Part shown: in pieces, positions 45,218-55,659 of the stretch
How the letters are laid out: each line of letters begins with the position of its first letter
Numbering within the stretch: position 1 is the first letter of the stretch
Assembly (NCBI GenBank): GCA_964607485.1
Contig: CAZSKP010000001.1
Location: forward strand, 32,001-96,000
Length of the DNA: 64,000 nucleotides
Direction: 5' to 3'
Source: an uncultured bacterium
GTDB lineage: Bacteria > Abyssobacteria > SURF-5
Notes under the pieces: model-generated
Database searches by the model: none
The model's input: the letters and a program-made list of their open reading frames with translations, nothing else
Told to the model about the DNA's origin: nothing
Made by a program: the position numbers and the translations under genes

Positions 45218-46543
45218 TCAAAGGTCTTTGATGCGGGCGTTCTTCGAGGAGTTTGCCAGAACACCCCGGAAGCTGTCGAGGGATGAAGATATTTTCTCCA
45301 CAGCTTCAGATTCAACAAGAGGGACAGCGGCGACGCCGCTGTTTTCAAGTCGGTCCACAACTCCCTGGAGCGTCAGGTTGTCAATGTCGAGTGCCGGCTG
45401 GTAGGAAGGCACCTTTCCTTCATCACCGCAGATTTCAGAGAGAATTCCCGCCTCAATCAGTTCAAAGACGGTCTGGTTTACCAGTCTTATGGGGGTCTTC
45501 AGCTCTTTCGAGATGTCGTCGGCCGTAGGAGATGGAAGCCCCTCGCGGAACTTCCTGACACACAAATGCGCGACGGCGAGCGTGACCAATCGCTTGAACG
45601 CCGGGCTGATTTTCATACAATCCTGCTCGAACTCGTACGTCCCCACGTTCTGGTGAGCGAAGGAGACCTCGGCCCCGTAGAGCAGTATCAACCAGCTCAA
45701 CTGCAGCCAAATCAAGAAGAGGGGCAATGCGGCGAAGCTTCCGTAGATGGCGTTGTAACGATTAATCCCGATCTGAAACGTGATGTAGGCCCACTGCACA
45801 ATCTGGTAGATAGTACCCGCCAGAATCCCGCCCAGCAAAGCCGAGCGCGCGTTCACTTTTCCGTTGGGCAAGAAGAGATATACGAAAGCAAAAAGTCCCC
45901 ACAGGAGACCGAAAGGAAGTACTTTGAGCAGAATCAGGATGGGCTCGGCAATGAATGCAAGGTAGCTGTGAGTTAACAGAATGTTCTTAACCTGGCTGCT
46001 CACTGCGACAGTCATGCCTCCCGCCATTATGAACAAAATCGGAGCGATAAGCATGAATGAAAGATAATCGCTGAACTTGCGTGTCCAGCTTCGCTGCTTT
46101 TTGATGCCCCAAATTTCGTTGAACGACCGCTCCATGTTTCCCAGCACTTTGATGACCGTCCAGAAAAGGAATACCACGCCGATGCCGGCTATCAGGCCTC
46201 CCTTTGTGTTGTCGAGCATATTGCGCGCAAAAATGATAGCCCGGGAAACTACTTCCTCATGTCCGTGAAACTGCTCTCTGACCCGCTCTTCGAGGACATG
46301 ATCGAACCCGAAGCCTTTTGCAATTCCGAAGGCCATGGCCAGGATCGGGACGATGGAAAGCAGAGTGTAGAAGGTCAACGCGGAGGCCCGCAGCGTGCAC
46401 TTGTCTTTGTCGAACCCTTTGACGGATAAGGTGATCACTCGCAGCAGCTTGATCCATAGCGACCTTCGCCGCGGTTGCTCGTCCAAACGGATACGCCACA
46501 GATCCTCACGGAGAAACTTGTGTAATTCACGCGGCTTCACCAT
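45218..46543 (-). CDS. YihY/BrkB-family inner-membrane protein with C-terminal winged-helix-like domain
   Basis: ASALTFYTLLSIVP, ERSFNEIW, YNAIYGSFAALPLFLIWLQLSWLILLYGAE. Confidence 0.9.
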   Translation of the reverse strand: MVKPRELHKFLREDLWRIRLDEQPRRRSLWIKLLRVITLSVKGFDKDKCTLRASALTFYTLLSIVPILAMAFGIAKGFGFDHVLEERVREQFHGHEEVVSRAIIFARNMLDNTKGGLIAGIGVVFLFWTVIKVLGNMERSFNEIWGIKKQRSWTRKFSDYLSFMLIAPILFIMAGGMTVAVSSQVKNILLTHSYLAFIAEPILILLKVLPFGLLWGLFAFVYLFLPNGKVNARSALLGGILAGTIYQIVQWAYITFQIGINRYNAIYGSFAALPLFLIWLQLSWLILLYGAEVSFAHQNVGTYEFEQDCMKISPAFKRLVTLAVAHLCVRKFREGLPSPTADDISKELKTPIRLVNQTVFELIEAGILSEICGDEGKVPSYQPALDIDNLTLQGVVDRLENSGVAAVPLVESEAVEKISSSLDSFRGVLANSSKNARIKDL

Positions 46544-46647
46544 CTCTTCACCTCCGCACAGAAGGGACGTTCACGCGCGGTTCACCTGCCCTTCTCGCGA
46601 GCGTAGTCTCTTAGTTCTTGTCCCCAGGCCTACTGCTCCCCAGAAAT

Positions 46648-49008
46648 TTACTGCCGCGCCATGGCTTGTTTCATTTCGGCGCTTGAATCCTGTGTCGCCT
46701 CGCCGTCAACGTCCACGGTAACGCTGTGAATCGTTCCCGTGAACGCGAACGGCGCTGTGAGTTCGGGAGTTATCGGGGCGCCCGGCAAAGCGCCTACGCT
46801 GACTCCGCCGGATAGTCCCATCGAAAACGGAGTGGTGAACGGCATATCGAGCTGTCCGGCCGGTTTGCCATCGATGTAGAGCGTACCGCGTCCCGGCGCG
46901 CCTTTTCCTCCGGCCAAATCCGGCTCTCCCGTCGGTTCGAACACGTATCGCAACTGGTGGCGGCCTTCGGGAACGCCGTCGTTTGACTCGACATGATAGA
47001 TAACTCTGGCGACGTAGTTATGGGCATAGTGAAGTTTTCGGTTCTTCACAAAGACCACGTAGCCTCCTTCATTGTCGCCATGACACAGCAGCACGCCTTC
47101 GGCGCCGCCCTTGGGAATTTCGACGTCGGCGGTGATGCTGTGCGGCCGATTGAGCACCCTCACGCCGGCGAAGGTCGGCACCGGCTGTGTGTCGGGGTAG
47201 TAAACATACTTCTTGCGTTCAGGAGCGACCAGCGGACGCTCTACCAGCACCCGTATTATGCCCCGGCTGTCGATGGGCAGCACGTTGTACTTGCCCGCCT
47301 CGACGTACCACTGTGCGATCATCTCGGTGAGCTTGCCGGGTTCCTTGTCGGCCAGGTTATGGTTCTCCGCGAAGTCCTCTGTAACGTGATAGAGTTCCCA
47401 ATGCTTTGCGTCGAGCTCCGTCAGCGTCTCGGCATACATTGGCGCGCCGAAAGGCATGCCCGCCTCCGTAAACGATGTGCCCGGCCACGGGCAGACCGCG
47501 CGCCAGCCGTCGTGGTAAATCGAGCGATGGCCCAACATCTCGAAGTACTGCGTGTGATGCCGGGAGGAAGCGTCTGCATCGTCAAACGTATGCGCCAAGC
47601 TCACGCCTTCCATGGGCGACTGCGTGACACCTTTGATAACCGTCGGCGGCTCGACGCCCAACGCTTGCAATACCGTCGGCGTCATGTCGGTCGCATGGGC
47701 ATACTGCGTGCGGATTTCTCCCTTCGCTTTGATGCCTTTCGGCCAATGCACAATGAACGGGTCGCTGATGCCGCCGCGATAGGTCTCTCGCTTCCAGCGG
47801 CGGAACGGCGTGTTGCCCGCCCATGTCCATCCCCAGGAGTAGTGGTTGAAGACCTCCGGCCCGCCCAGTTTATCGATAAGCTTGAGGTTTTCCTCGAGGC
47901 TCTCGGGCACATTGTTGAAAAAGAGATTTTCGTTCACCGAGCCGGTGGGGCCGCCCTCGGCGCTTGCGCCGTTGTCTGAGAGCACCATGATGATGGTGTT
48001 CTCAAATTCGCCGATGCTCTTGAGGAAATCGAGGAGGCGGCCGATGTGGTGGTCGGTGTGCGTCAGGAATCCGGCGTACACTTCCATCATGCGCGCGTAC
48101 AATTTCTTTTCTTCGGCCGAGCATTCATCCCACGGTTTCACGTCCGGGTCGTGGCGGGAAAGCTCTGTTTCCTTGGGAATGATGCCCAGCTCTTTCTGTC
48201 TGCAGAACACCTTCTCGCGGTATGCTTCCCATCCGTCGTCGAACTTGCCCTTGTATTTGTCGGCCCATTCCTTCGGAACATGATGGGGCGCATGCGTCGC
48301 GCCGGGGCAGAAGTACATGAAGAATGGCTTGTCGGGGGTCACCTGCTTGGCGTCGGCGATGAAGCTGATGGCCCTGTCGGCGAGGTCCTCCGTCAAATGA
48401 TAGCCTTCTTCGGGTTTCTTAGGTGGGCTGACGTGGTGGTTATCGTACGTCAGGTCGGGATAGTACTGATGTGTGTCTGCGCCAAGGAAACCGTAATAGC
48501 GCTCGAATCCGCGCCCCAAAGGCCATCGATCAAACGGTCCCGCGGCGGAGAGCTGATCGGGCGGCGTCAGGTGCCACTTGCCGACGGCAAACGTGTTGTA
48601 GCCGTGCTGCAAGAGAATTTCCGAGAGAAATCCATTCTCGAACGGGATGTTTCCGTTGGAGCCCGGATATCCCATCGACCCTTCGGTGATGCAAGCCATC
48701 GCATTCGAGTGGTGGTTGTGACCGGTCAGAACGCAGGAGCGCGTGGGCGAGCACAGCGCCGTGGTGTGCATATTGTTGTAGCGCAGGCCGTTGGCAGCGA
48801 GGCGGTCGAGATTCGGCGTCTCAATCGGGGCGCCATAGCAACCGATTTGGCCGAAGCCGGTGTCGTCAAGGATGATGAACAACACGTTAGGCGCGCCATC
48901 CTTCGCGCGCGGCGGCATCGGCCATGCGGGTGTCGAGACCTCAAACGTACGCCCCATCACTCCGGGGAATGCGGTTCCAGGCTTGTACTCTCTCAGACTC
49001 ATCATCAT
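46648..49008 (-). CDS. Arylsulfatase (Cys-type, long form with C-terminal beta domain)
   Basis: PNVLFIILDDTG, CSPTRSCVLTG (CxPxR), GKWHL, SDNG, GGISDPFIVHWP; no signal peptide seen. Confidence 0.93.
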   Translation of the reverse strand: MMMSLREYKPGTAFPGVMGRTFEVSTPAWPMPPRAKDGAPNVLFIILDDTGFGQIGCYGAPIETPNLDRLAANGLRYNNMHTTALCSPTRSCVLTGHNHHSNAMACITEGSMGYPGSNGNIPFENGFLSEILLQHGYNTFAVGKWHLTPPDQLSAAGPFDRWPLGRGFERYYGFLGADTHQYYPDLTYDNHHVSPPKKPEEGYHLTEDLADRAISFIADAKQVTPDKPFFMYFCPGATHAPHHVPKEWADKYKGKFDDGWEAYREKVFCRQKELGIIPKETELSRHDPDVKPWDECSAEEKKLYARMMEVYAGFLTHTDHHIGRLLDFLKSIGEFENTIIMVLSDNGASAEGGPTGSVNENLFFNNVPESLEENLKLIDKLGGPEVFNHYSWGWTWAGNTPFRRWKRETYRGGISDPFIVHWPKGIKAKGEIRTQYAHATDMTPTVLQALGVEPPTVIKGVTQSPMEGVSLAHTFDDADASSRHHTQYFEMLGHRSIYHDGWRAVCPWPGTSFTEAGMPFGAPMYAETLTELDAKHWELYHVTEDFAENHNLADKEPGKLTEMIAQWYVEAGKYNVLPIDSRGIIRVLVERPLVAPERKKYVYYPDTQPVPTFAGVRVLNRPHSITADVEIPKGGAEGVLLCHGDNEGGYVVFVKNRKLHYAHNYVARVIYHVESNDGVPEGRHQLRYVFEPTGEPDLAGGKGAPGRGTLYIDGKPAGQLDMPFTTPFSMGLSGGVSVGALPGAPITPELTAPFAFTGTIHSVTVDVDGEATQDSSAEMKQAMARQ

Positions 49009-49333
49009 TTCTCCTTACGTGTTGCTGTTGTGTAGATAGTGTAAGCCGGTTTCCATAATGGGAGAGAAGCCGGGCTTGTGCTCCACTCTTATTGTCACGG
49101 CAAAATGGGAGAAAGGATAGCCACAGAGAAGTATAGCTCATATCTTGGAGCGCTTCAAGCGAAGGTCGAAAGAGCCACTTTGTCCACAACAACTCGGCCC
49201 CGCTTTCGGCTTCTGAACCATAAGGCCACATTTGAACATCCTAATGGGCGATATGTTGACTCTTAAGGTGTCGGGAATAGTGCAGATTTCGCCAAGGAGT
49301 GTATTGTACCTTTTGTTTTTGCGAAATCCCCGA

Positions 49334-49363
49334 TTGACAAACTTTCTCTCCCGCATGTATCAT
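49334..49363 (+). promoter_or_regulatory. Possible sigma70 promoter of the TAXI-TRAP operon
   Basis: TTGACA-N18-TATCAT. Confidence 0.5.
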
Positions 49364-49448
49364 TATGTCGCCACAAATTATAAGGAAATGTCTTTCACCT
49401 GGTGTTGCCAATCGCGAACGTGGGGCGCCGCCCCAAGAAATGGTCAGT

Positions 49449-50411
49449 ATGATGAGGAAGCTCTTTAAGCCCATAAGCGCCATCTGTATTGCCCTGCTGC
49501 TATCCGGTACCTTAAGCATTGAGTCGTTCGCCGAAGTCTACAGATTCTCCGGCGGCCCGGCCGGGGGGACCTTTCAGTACTACGCAAGTGCAATTTCCAC
49601 CCTTTCCAGAAAGCACGGAATGAGGGTGTTGGCAAGTTCTTCCGGCGGCTCTATCGAAAATATCAGACTTGTCAATGCGGGAAAATCCGATTTCGCCGTG
49701 GCATATTCGGGACACGTATACCAGGGAAGAAACGGGTTGATGGAAGGCGACCCGGCGAAATACGAAGATGTTTTGGCCGTGGCATATCTCTATGGCGCTC
49801 CTGCTCAATTGATAGTGAGGGCGAACTCGGGCATTAGGAGTGCAAGAGAGCTTGAGGGCAAGAGAGTAGGGGTCGGAAACGCAGGGTCCGGCGCTGCGGC
49901 CAATGCCGAGATTTTCTTCTCAGAACTCGGCATCTGGGACAAAATCGAGAGAGACTTCTTGGGGTACCGGGAGGCGGCGTCTGCTTTCAACAACAGGCAA
50001 TTGGATGCATTTTGGGTATTTGCGGGTTTTCCGAATGCCTCAGTGATAGAGGCGGCGCTCCAGAACAAGATCAGGTTGGTCAATGTGTACACCGATGCTG
50101 AAGAAATCGGAATGTTTAAGAAATATCCCTATTTCTCGAAGGCAACCATTCCTGCCGGCGTCTATAAGGGTGTGACGAGAGAAACTCTCACCTTCGACGA
50201 TTCGGCGTTGTTGGTGGCTAACAGCAAAGTGCCTGCCGACGTGGTCTATTCACTCCTGAAGACTATCTTCAGCAAAGAAGGGCTCGCGCACATGGTGGAG
50301 GTGCACAAATCGGCAAAAGCGATGAGTATCGAAAATGGGCTCAAGGGGATTGTCACGCCTCTTCATCCCGGCGCCGAAAGATTCTGGCAGGAGAAAGGGA
50401 AGCTCAAATAG
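49449..50411 (+). CDS. TAXI-family TRAP transporter solute-binding protein
   Basis: Signal peptide; GGPAGGTFQYY, SSGGSIENI, GNAGSG, PLHPGAERFW. Start at 49440-49452. Confidence 0.92.
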   Translation: MMRKLFKPISAICIALLLSGTLSIESFAEVYRFSGGPAGGTFQYYASAISTLSRKHGMRVLASSSGGSIENIRLVNAGKSDFAVAYSGHVYQGRNGLMEGDPAKYEDVLAVAYLYGAPAQLIVRANSGIRSARELEGKRVGVGNAGSGAAANAEIFFSELGIWDKIERDFLGYREAASAFNNRQLDAFWVFAGFPNASVIEAALQNKIRLVNVYTDAEEIGMFKKYPYFSKATIPAGVYKGVTRETLTFDDSALLVANSKVPADVVYSLLKTIFSKEGLAHMVEVHKSAKAMSIENGLKGIVTPLHPGAERFWQEKGKLK

Positions 50412-50431
50412 GAGCGACATTGCAATAGGAG

Positions 50432-50465
50432 AAAAGGCAGTGGGGTTGCCTGCTGCCTTTTTTTG
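50432..50465 (+). terminator. Terminator-like hairpin between the TAXI binding-protein and permease genes
   Basis: AAAAGGCAG...CTGCCTTTTTTT stem followed by a U-tract. Confidence 0.65.
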
Positions 50466-50501
50466 TTTACCTCACGGGTTGTCTGAGCAGGGGTTGAGCG
50501 G

Positions 50502-52223
50502 GTGTACGATGAACTGAACAGGATAGAAAAAGCCGTCTTTGATGTTCTGTCGGTCATCCTGGTCCTTTTCTACGCCTATTCCGCCGTTTTGAGGCCGGCT
50601 GCGACTCAGTATCACCGAGGCATCTATTGCCTCATAACGTATGTCCTTGTCTTTCTCGTCTACAAATCACACCACAAGTTCTTGCGAGCTGTTGACTACG
50701 TCCTGATTGTCTTTTCGATCGTGACCATCGGATATTGGATTCTGAACTTCGAGGCAATCAATTATCGGGCCGGAGCAGAAACAGTACTTGACCAGACAAT
50801 TGCCGTAATCGGTGTCCTGACCGGAATAGAACTGGCCAGAAGGGTAGTGGGGCTTCCTTTTGTGATTATCGGCAGTGTGCTCCTGGTCTACGGTGTCTTT
50901 GGGCCGTACATGCCTGACCTTATTGCTCATCCCGGCGACACGTTCGTAGGATTGTGCACCACCTGCTTCTTCAAGAGCGACGGTGTGTTCGGCATTATGG
51001 CAAATGTGCTCGCGACGTATGTGCTTTTGTTTGTGCTGTTCGGCGCATTTCTGGAAAAGTCGGGCGCACAGCGCTTCTTCCTTGATTTTCCCTTGGCGGC
51101 GGTAGGGCACAGGACAGGGGGACCGGCCAAAGTATCCGTCCTGGCAAGCGCGCTCTTCGGTTCGATATCCGGCAGCGCCATCGCCAATACGGTGTCCACG
51201 GGCGCTTTCACCATTCCCATGATGAAAAAGGCGGGATTTCGCCCGCATGTGGCCGGCGGAATCGAGCCCGCTGCGTCCATTGCGGGAATGTTCCTTCCTC
51301 CAATCATGGGCGCCGGCGGCTTCATCATGGCGGAGCTTACGGGTGTTCCGTATTCCAGGATCATGCTCATCGCCGTTTTCCCCGCTCTTATGTATGTGTT
51401 CAGCGTATTCGTCATGGTGCATTTTGAGGCCAAGATGCATAACATTAGGGGCGAGAAAAGCGAACATAGCGCCATGCAGATTTTGAAGAAGGAATGGTAC
51501 TACACGCTGCCATTGATTATCATCTTCATTTTGATGCTGAAGGGCTACTCTGCGGGTTTTGCGGCCGTGATGGGAATTCTTTCATGTCTCGTGTTAAGTT
51601 GGCTGAAAAGAGAAACAAGAATCGGCCCAAGGAGATTTGTGGAGGCCTCGAGAGCCGGGGCGGAAAACAGCCTGAGAATAGGAGCCACCGTCGGAGTGAT
51701 CGGAATCATAATAGCCGTTCTGACATTTTCCGGGCTCATCCTGACTTTTGCCGATATAGTTATCCAACTCGCGGCCGGAAGGCTGTGGCTGACGATTCTT
51801 CTTATTGCACTGGCCTCCCTGGTTCTCGGAATGGGGGTACCTGTCACGGCCGCGTATCTCATCACCGCTGTGGTTGCGGTCCCGGCTCTTGTTCATCTTG
51901 GCGTGAACGAGGTCGCAGCTCACATGATCGTCTATTGGCTGTCGCAAGATTCCAACATTACTCCGCCGGTGTGCATAGCTGTCTTCGCCGGCGCTACGAT
52001 TGCCAAGGCGAACATGTGGAGAACCGCATTCTCCTCGTTCAAATTTGCGAAGTTTCTGTATCTATCACCCTTCTTGTTCGGATATGTCCCCGGCTACACG
52101 CTGAATGGGAGCAACATGGACATATTGAAAAGCTTCGTGTTGATTATAGTCGGAACCTATTTGTTCTCCTACATCACAAGCTTCCACTGGTGGTACTATT
52201 TGAAAGGAAGGAAGAATCGCTGA
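50502..52223 (+). CDS. TRAP transporter fused permease (4TM/12TM, TAXI type)
   Basis: GGPAKVSV, GSAIANTVSTG, PPIMGAGGF, LGMGVPVTAAY, SNITPPV. Confidence 0.93.
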   Translation: MYDELNRIEKAVFDVLSVILVLFYAYSAVLRPAATQYHRGIYCLITYVLVFLVYKSHHKFLRAVDYVLIVFSIVTIGYWILNFEAINYRAGAETVLDQTIAVIGVLTGIELARRVVGLPFVIIGSVLLVYGVFGPYMPDLIAHPGDTFVGLCTTCFFKSDGVFGIMANVLATYVLLFVLFGAFLEKSGAQRFFLDFPLAAVGHRTGGPAKVSVLASALFGSISGSAIANTVSTGAFTIPMMKKAGFRPHVAGGIEPAASIAGMFLPPIMGAGGFIMAELTGVPYSRIMLIAVFPALMYVFSVFVMVHFEAKMHNIRGEKSEHSAMQILKKEWYYTLPLIIIFILMLKGYSAGFAAVMGILSCLVLSWLKRETRIGPRRFVEASRAGAENSLRIGATVGVIGIIIAVLTFSGLILTFADIVIQLAAGRLWLTILLIALASLVLGMGVPVTAAYLITAVVAVPALVHLGVNEVAAHMIVYWLSQDSNITPPVCIAVFAGATIAKANMWRTAFSSFKFAKFLYLSPFLFGYVPGYTLNGSNMDILKSFVLIIVGTYLFSYITSFHWWYYLKGRKNR

Positions 52224-52259
52224 ATCCCGGGTGCCGCAAAATACACTGTTGCTCGTTAG

Positions 52260-52288
52260 TTGACACCCTGCGGGTTCAGAGTTATAGT
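52260..52288 (+). promoter_or_regulatory. sigma70 promoter of the hydrolase gene
   Basis: TTGACA-N17-TATAGT. Confidence 0.65.
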
Positions 52289-52377
52289 ATCTCCTATTCA
52301 TCGTTCGCTTGTGACGGGAGATGTAAGCCTGTGACGGAGATGCTCAACCGCAAGATTCAGTTGAAGGAGCCCTGACA

Positions 52378-53931
52378 ATGTCCCTGATAAAGAAGATAGG
52401 CGCTCTCGTTGTCACCGTAGCTCTTCTCGTAGTCCTCTTTGTCTACTATGGGCGGATGACCGCCTACCGGGATTCGTTCGACCGTCGCGACGTTTTGATC
52501 GCGGGCTCCATACCCGCACAGATATACCTGCCCGCGACGGAGAAGCCGCCCATCGTAGTTGTCGCGCACGGATTCACTGCGGACAAAGAGATGATGCAAT
52601 CGCTTGCATACAGCCTGGTCCGAGACGGATTCGCCGTCGTGACGTTTGATTTCCGAGGACACGGACAGAACGTCACGGGCTTCGACCCTAACCGGCTTCA
52701 AGAGGATATGGCGCATGTTGTCGCTTTTTGTAGAAACTTGGACAAGAACATGCCCGTGCCCTTCGGCCGGAGGTTCAAAGAAGTCGATACGAAGCGAATC
52801 GCTATAATCGGCCACTCGATGGGTGGCGGCGCGGTGGTGACCTACGGTGTCGGCGATCCGACCATCGATGCGACCGTGCCCATTTCCGGTGTCGCCGCCA
52901 GAGTGACGGACATCCGGCCAAAAGATCTCTTCATCATTTACGCCGAGAATGATCCCCCCGACCTTCGTCAAGCGGCCAGGAAAATGCTGGAGGATTCCAC
53001 TGACGAGGAACAGACCGCCCCCGATACGACGTACGGTTCATTCGACAACGGCTCGGCACGCCGGCTGAGCATGGTCAAAGGGACGGACCACCTCACGATC
53101 TTGATTTCTGCGGACGCTCAAGGACAGATACTGAACTGGCTGCATCAGGTGTGGAATATTCCATCCACGAATACAAAGGTCTCAGACCCCAGGCTGGCTT
53201 GGGCGGGATGGGCGTACGTTTTCTCGTTCCTGCTGTTCTTCTGTTGCTGCTATGCGTTGTCCTGGTACCTGCCCACTATCCCCACACGGTCCGGCCTCGC
53301 GGTGGTGCTGAATCTGGTCCTTTTTGCGATTGTCTGTTTCCTGACGCTGTTCGTCATCATGCTGGCGCTGCCGCTGTCGTTCCTGCCGATGCCCGTGGGA
53401 GACTACCTCGTCTCGTACTTCTTCGTCGCGGGGATTATCTATTTCCTGGTGGCGTCATGGAGGGGAAACATCGAGTTCGCCGACTTCGCCTCGCATCCGG
53501 CGAGGACGCTCTTCGCGGCATTTGTGCTGTTCCTGCTCGTTTACCTGACCTTTGGGTCGATCACGACGGAGACATGGTTTCGCCAGCTCTTCACGGGTCA
53601 AAGGCTTCTCTGGGCGCTGGTGATGCTGCCGCTGCTTCTCCCGTTCTTCATTGCGTTCGAGGCTTCCTTCAAGCGCGGGAACACGCTAGTGGCTCTGATC
53701 GCTTCGCTGCTCGGAGTCTTCATTGCTCTTGGGATGATCGTTGTGAGCGTCGGGCTGCGATTGACCGACGATTTTGTCATGCTGATCATCATTCCGATGG
53801 TGCTCTACAACATCATCTTTCAATTATTCTCGGTATATATTTACCACCTGAGCAGGAATTACTTTATCACAGCCGTGTTTAATGCCATGATTATGGCGTG
53901 GCAGTACGCCGTCCTGTTCCCGATCCGTTGA
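52378..53931 (+). CDS. Membrane-anchored alpha/beta hydrolase with C-terminal multi-TM domain
   Basis: N-terminal TM; HGF, DFRGHG, GHSMGG nucleophile elbow, END, DH; about 8 C-terminal TM helices. Confidence 0.85.
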   Translation: MSLIKKIGALVVTVALLVVLFVYYGRMTAYRDSFDRRDVLIAGSIPAQIYLPATEKPPIVVVAHGFTADKEMMQSLAYSLVRDGFAVVTFDFRGHGQNVTGFDPNRLQEDMAHVVAFCRNLDKNMPVPFGRRFKEVDTKRIAIIGHSMGGGAVVTYGVGDPTIDATVPISGVAARVTDIRPKDLFIIYAENDPPDLRQAARKMLEDSTDEEQTAPDTTYGSFDNGSARRLSMVKGTDHLTILISADAQGQILNWLHQVWNIPSTNTKVSDPRLAWAGWAYVFSFLLFFCCCYALSWYLPTIPTRSGLAVVLNLVLFAIVCFLTLFVIMLALPLSFLPMPVGDYLVSYFFVAGIIYFLVASWRGNIEFADFASHPARTLFAAFVLFLLVYLTFGSITTETWFRQLFTGQRLLWALVMLPLLLPFFIAFEASFKRGNTLVALIASLLGVFIALGMIVVSVGLRLTDDFVMLIIIPMVLYNIIFQLFSVYIYHLSRNYFITAVFNAMIMAWQYAVLFPIR

Positions 53932-53981
53932 GTTACCAAGGGAACCTATCCGCCGGCGGACTTGAACAACCGCGCCGAGAA

Positions 53982-54545
53982 TCAAGCCGATTTGCTGAGC
54001 TTGACGGCTGTGCCGTAGGCAAAGAGCTCGGCGGCGGTTCCTACAACGCTGGTGGTCATGTAGCGGACATTTATTACTGCGTCCGCTCCCATTTCTTGCG
54101 CCTGGGCAATCATCCTGTCGGTTGCTACCTTGCGCGCTCTCCCCATCATGTCCGTATATTCGGTTATCTCGCCGCCAAGGATCAACCGAATCAGGGCAGA
54201 CAGGTCTTTCCCGAGCCAGATTGCATATATCGTGTTTCCCTGGACCATGCCTAGGCTCTCGCTTATTTCCTGGCCCGGCAGCTCCCAGAAGCTCGACAGC
54301 ACCATCGATGGGCGGGGCTCAACGGCCGCAGGCTCAGGCGGCGGCAACCTTCTTCCACTCTGTTCAACAGCCACCGTCAGTAGGACCAAGAGTATGCCGC
54401 CCAACAGGGAGTAGACCGCTATCCTGAGCCACCAGGGTATGACCGGATCGTCCGAAACAGTCACGTGCCAGGGCACCCCGATAAACACGACCGTGAACAG
54501 TCCGATGACAAAGCCAAGCGTACCTACGTATCTCAGTGTTTTCAT
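53982..54545 (-). CDS. YbjQ/UPF0145-family protein with two N-terminal TMs
   Basis: LGMVQG, GGEITEY, GADAVINVR, ELFAYGTAVK. Confidence 0.85.
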   Translation of the reverse strand: MKTLRYVGTLGFVIGLFTVVFIGVPWHVTVSDDPVIPWWLRIAVYSLLGGILLVLLTVAVEQSGRRLPPPEPAAVEPRPSMVLSSFWELPGQEISESLGMVQGNTIYAIWLGKDLSALIRLILGGEITEYTDMMGRARKVATDRMIAQAQEMGADAVINVRYMTTSVVGTAAELFAYGTAVKLSKSA

Positions 54546-54573
54546 AAACCCTCCCACAAAGTTGTCTTCACGC

Positions 54574-55632
54574 TTACGTTGGTTTCCTCGCCGTGATGGC
54601 GCTCCGATGCGCCGCCGTCGGTGTGAACCTCACGTCGGAAAAGCCCGCCTCTTCGAGCATGGCTTGCATTTCCGATATCGAATAGCATTTCCCTTCGGTT
54701 GAGAACATCAGAAGCACAGAGTATTCGGCCACCGGCAAGGGGCCGTCTTTCTCAGCGCGAAGATGAGCGTCGTGGATTACTACCATTCCCCCCGGCTCGA
54801 GGTTCCGGTATGAATTCTCCAGGAGTCTTCTCACGTTGTCACAGTCCCAGTCGTGCAGTACGTGCGAGAACAGATGAACGTCGAATCCCGCAGGAAGTTC
54901 GTCGTCAAACATGTCACCTGGTATGACTGATATTCGAGTGGAGAGATTTCTCTTCTCCATCAAGGATTTGGCGATACCGTCCACCGGCGACTTTTCAAAA
55001 ACAGCAGCCGAGAGATGAGGGTGTTGCAGCGCGAAGGCCGACGCATAGACTCCGGACCCGCCGGCGACATCTAATAATCGCTGATGCTTCGATAGGTCGA
55101 TTGCTCTTGCCAGCGCGGGCGCAAGATACGCGCCCCGGCTGTCCATGCCGGCCGTGAAGGATTCGGCAAAGTCCCCCCGTGCCATTGCGTGAACCCATTC
55201 CTTTTCGTCCTTCTTCGCTCCCCAGGACGCCGGCTTTCCCGTTCTCAGGACATTCAGCATATCGTGGCAAATGGGCCGCTCCTTCAATGAAGCGACATAA
55301 GGACCCAGATACCACTGGGACGAATCGGTCAGGTGCTCGTGCGCGAGCGCGGTCAGATGAAACCGGCCGTCCTTCTCTTGTATGAGATCCCACGACTTGA
55401 AAAGGGTGAGCATCACATCGGCGGGTCGTTGTTGAATGCGAAGCGAGGAGCTGATTTCGTCCACGGTGGCCGGATTGCCCCGAAGCCAGGAAAAGAAGTT
55501 GAGATGGCCGACGGCTGCTATAAACAGATCAGGAGCGTACACGCTGTCCCTGAGCCTGAAAAGACTGGCTGGGTCCGATGATGGGAACGCAGCGGAATTG
55601 TCCGCCTCCATGGCCGGCCTCCCTTTGCCCAT
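54574..55632 (-). CDS. SAM-dependent methyltransferase (O-methyltransferase family 2, with dimerisation domain)
   Basis: LLDVAGGSG, GDMF, SHVLHDW, LEPGG. Start 55632 or 55611. Confidence 0.88.
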   Translation of the reverse strand: MGKGRPAMEADNSAAFPSSDPASLFRLRDSVYAPDLFIAAVGHLNFFSWLRGNPATVDEISSSLRIQQRPADVMLTLFKSWDLIQEKDGRFHLTALAHEHLTDSSQWYLGPYVASLKERPICHDMLNVLRTGKPASWGAKKDEKEWVHAMARGDFAESFTAGMDSRGAYLAPALARAIDLSKHQRLLDVAGGSGVYASAFALQHPHLSAAVFEKSPVDGIAKSLMEKRNLSTRISVIPGDMFDDELPAGFDVHLFSHVLHDWDCDNVRRLLENSYRNLEPGGMVVIHDAHLRAEKDGPLPVAEYSVLLMFSTEGKCYSISEMQAMLEEAGFSDVRFTPTAAHRSAITARKPT

Positions 55633-55659
55633 CGGCGCGCGAGCCGCTCCTGTTTCACA

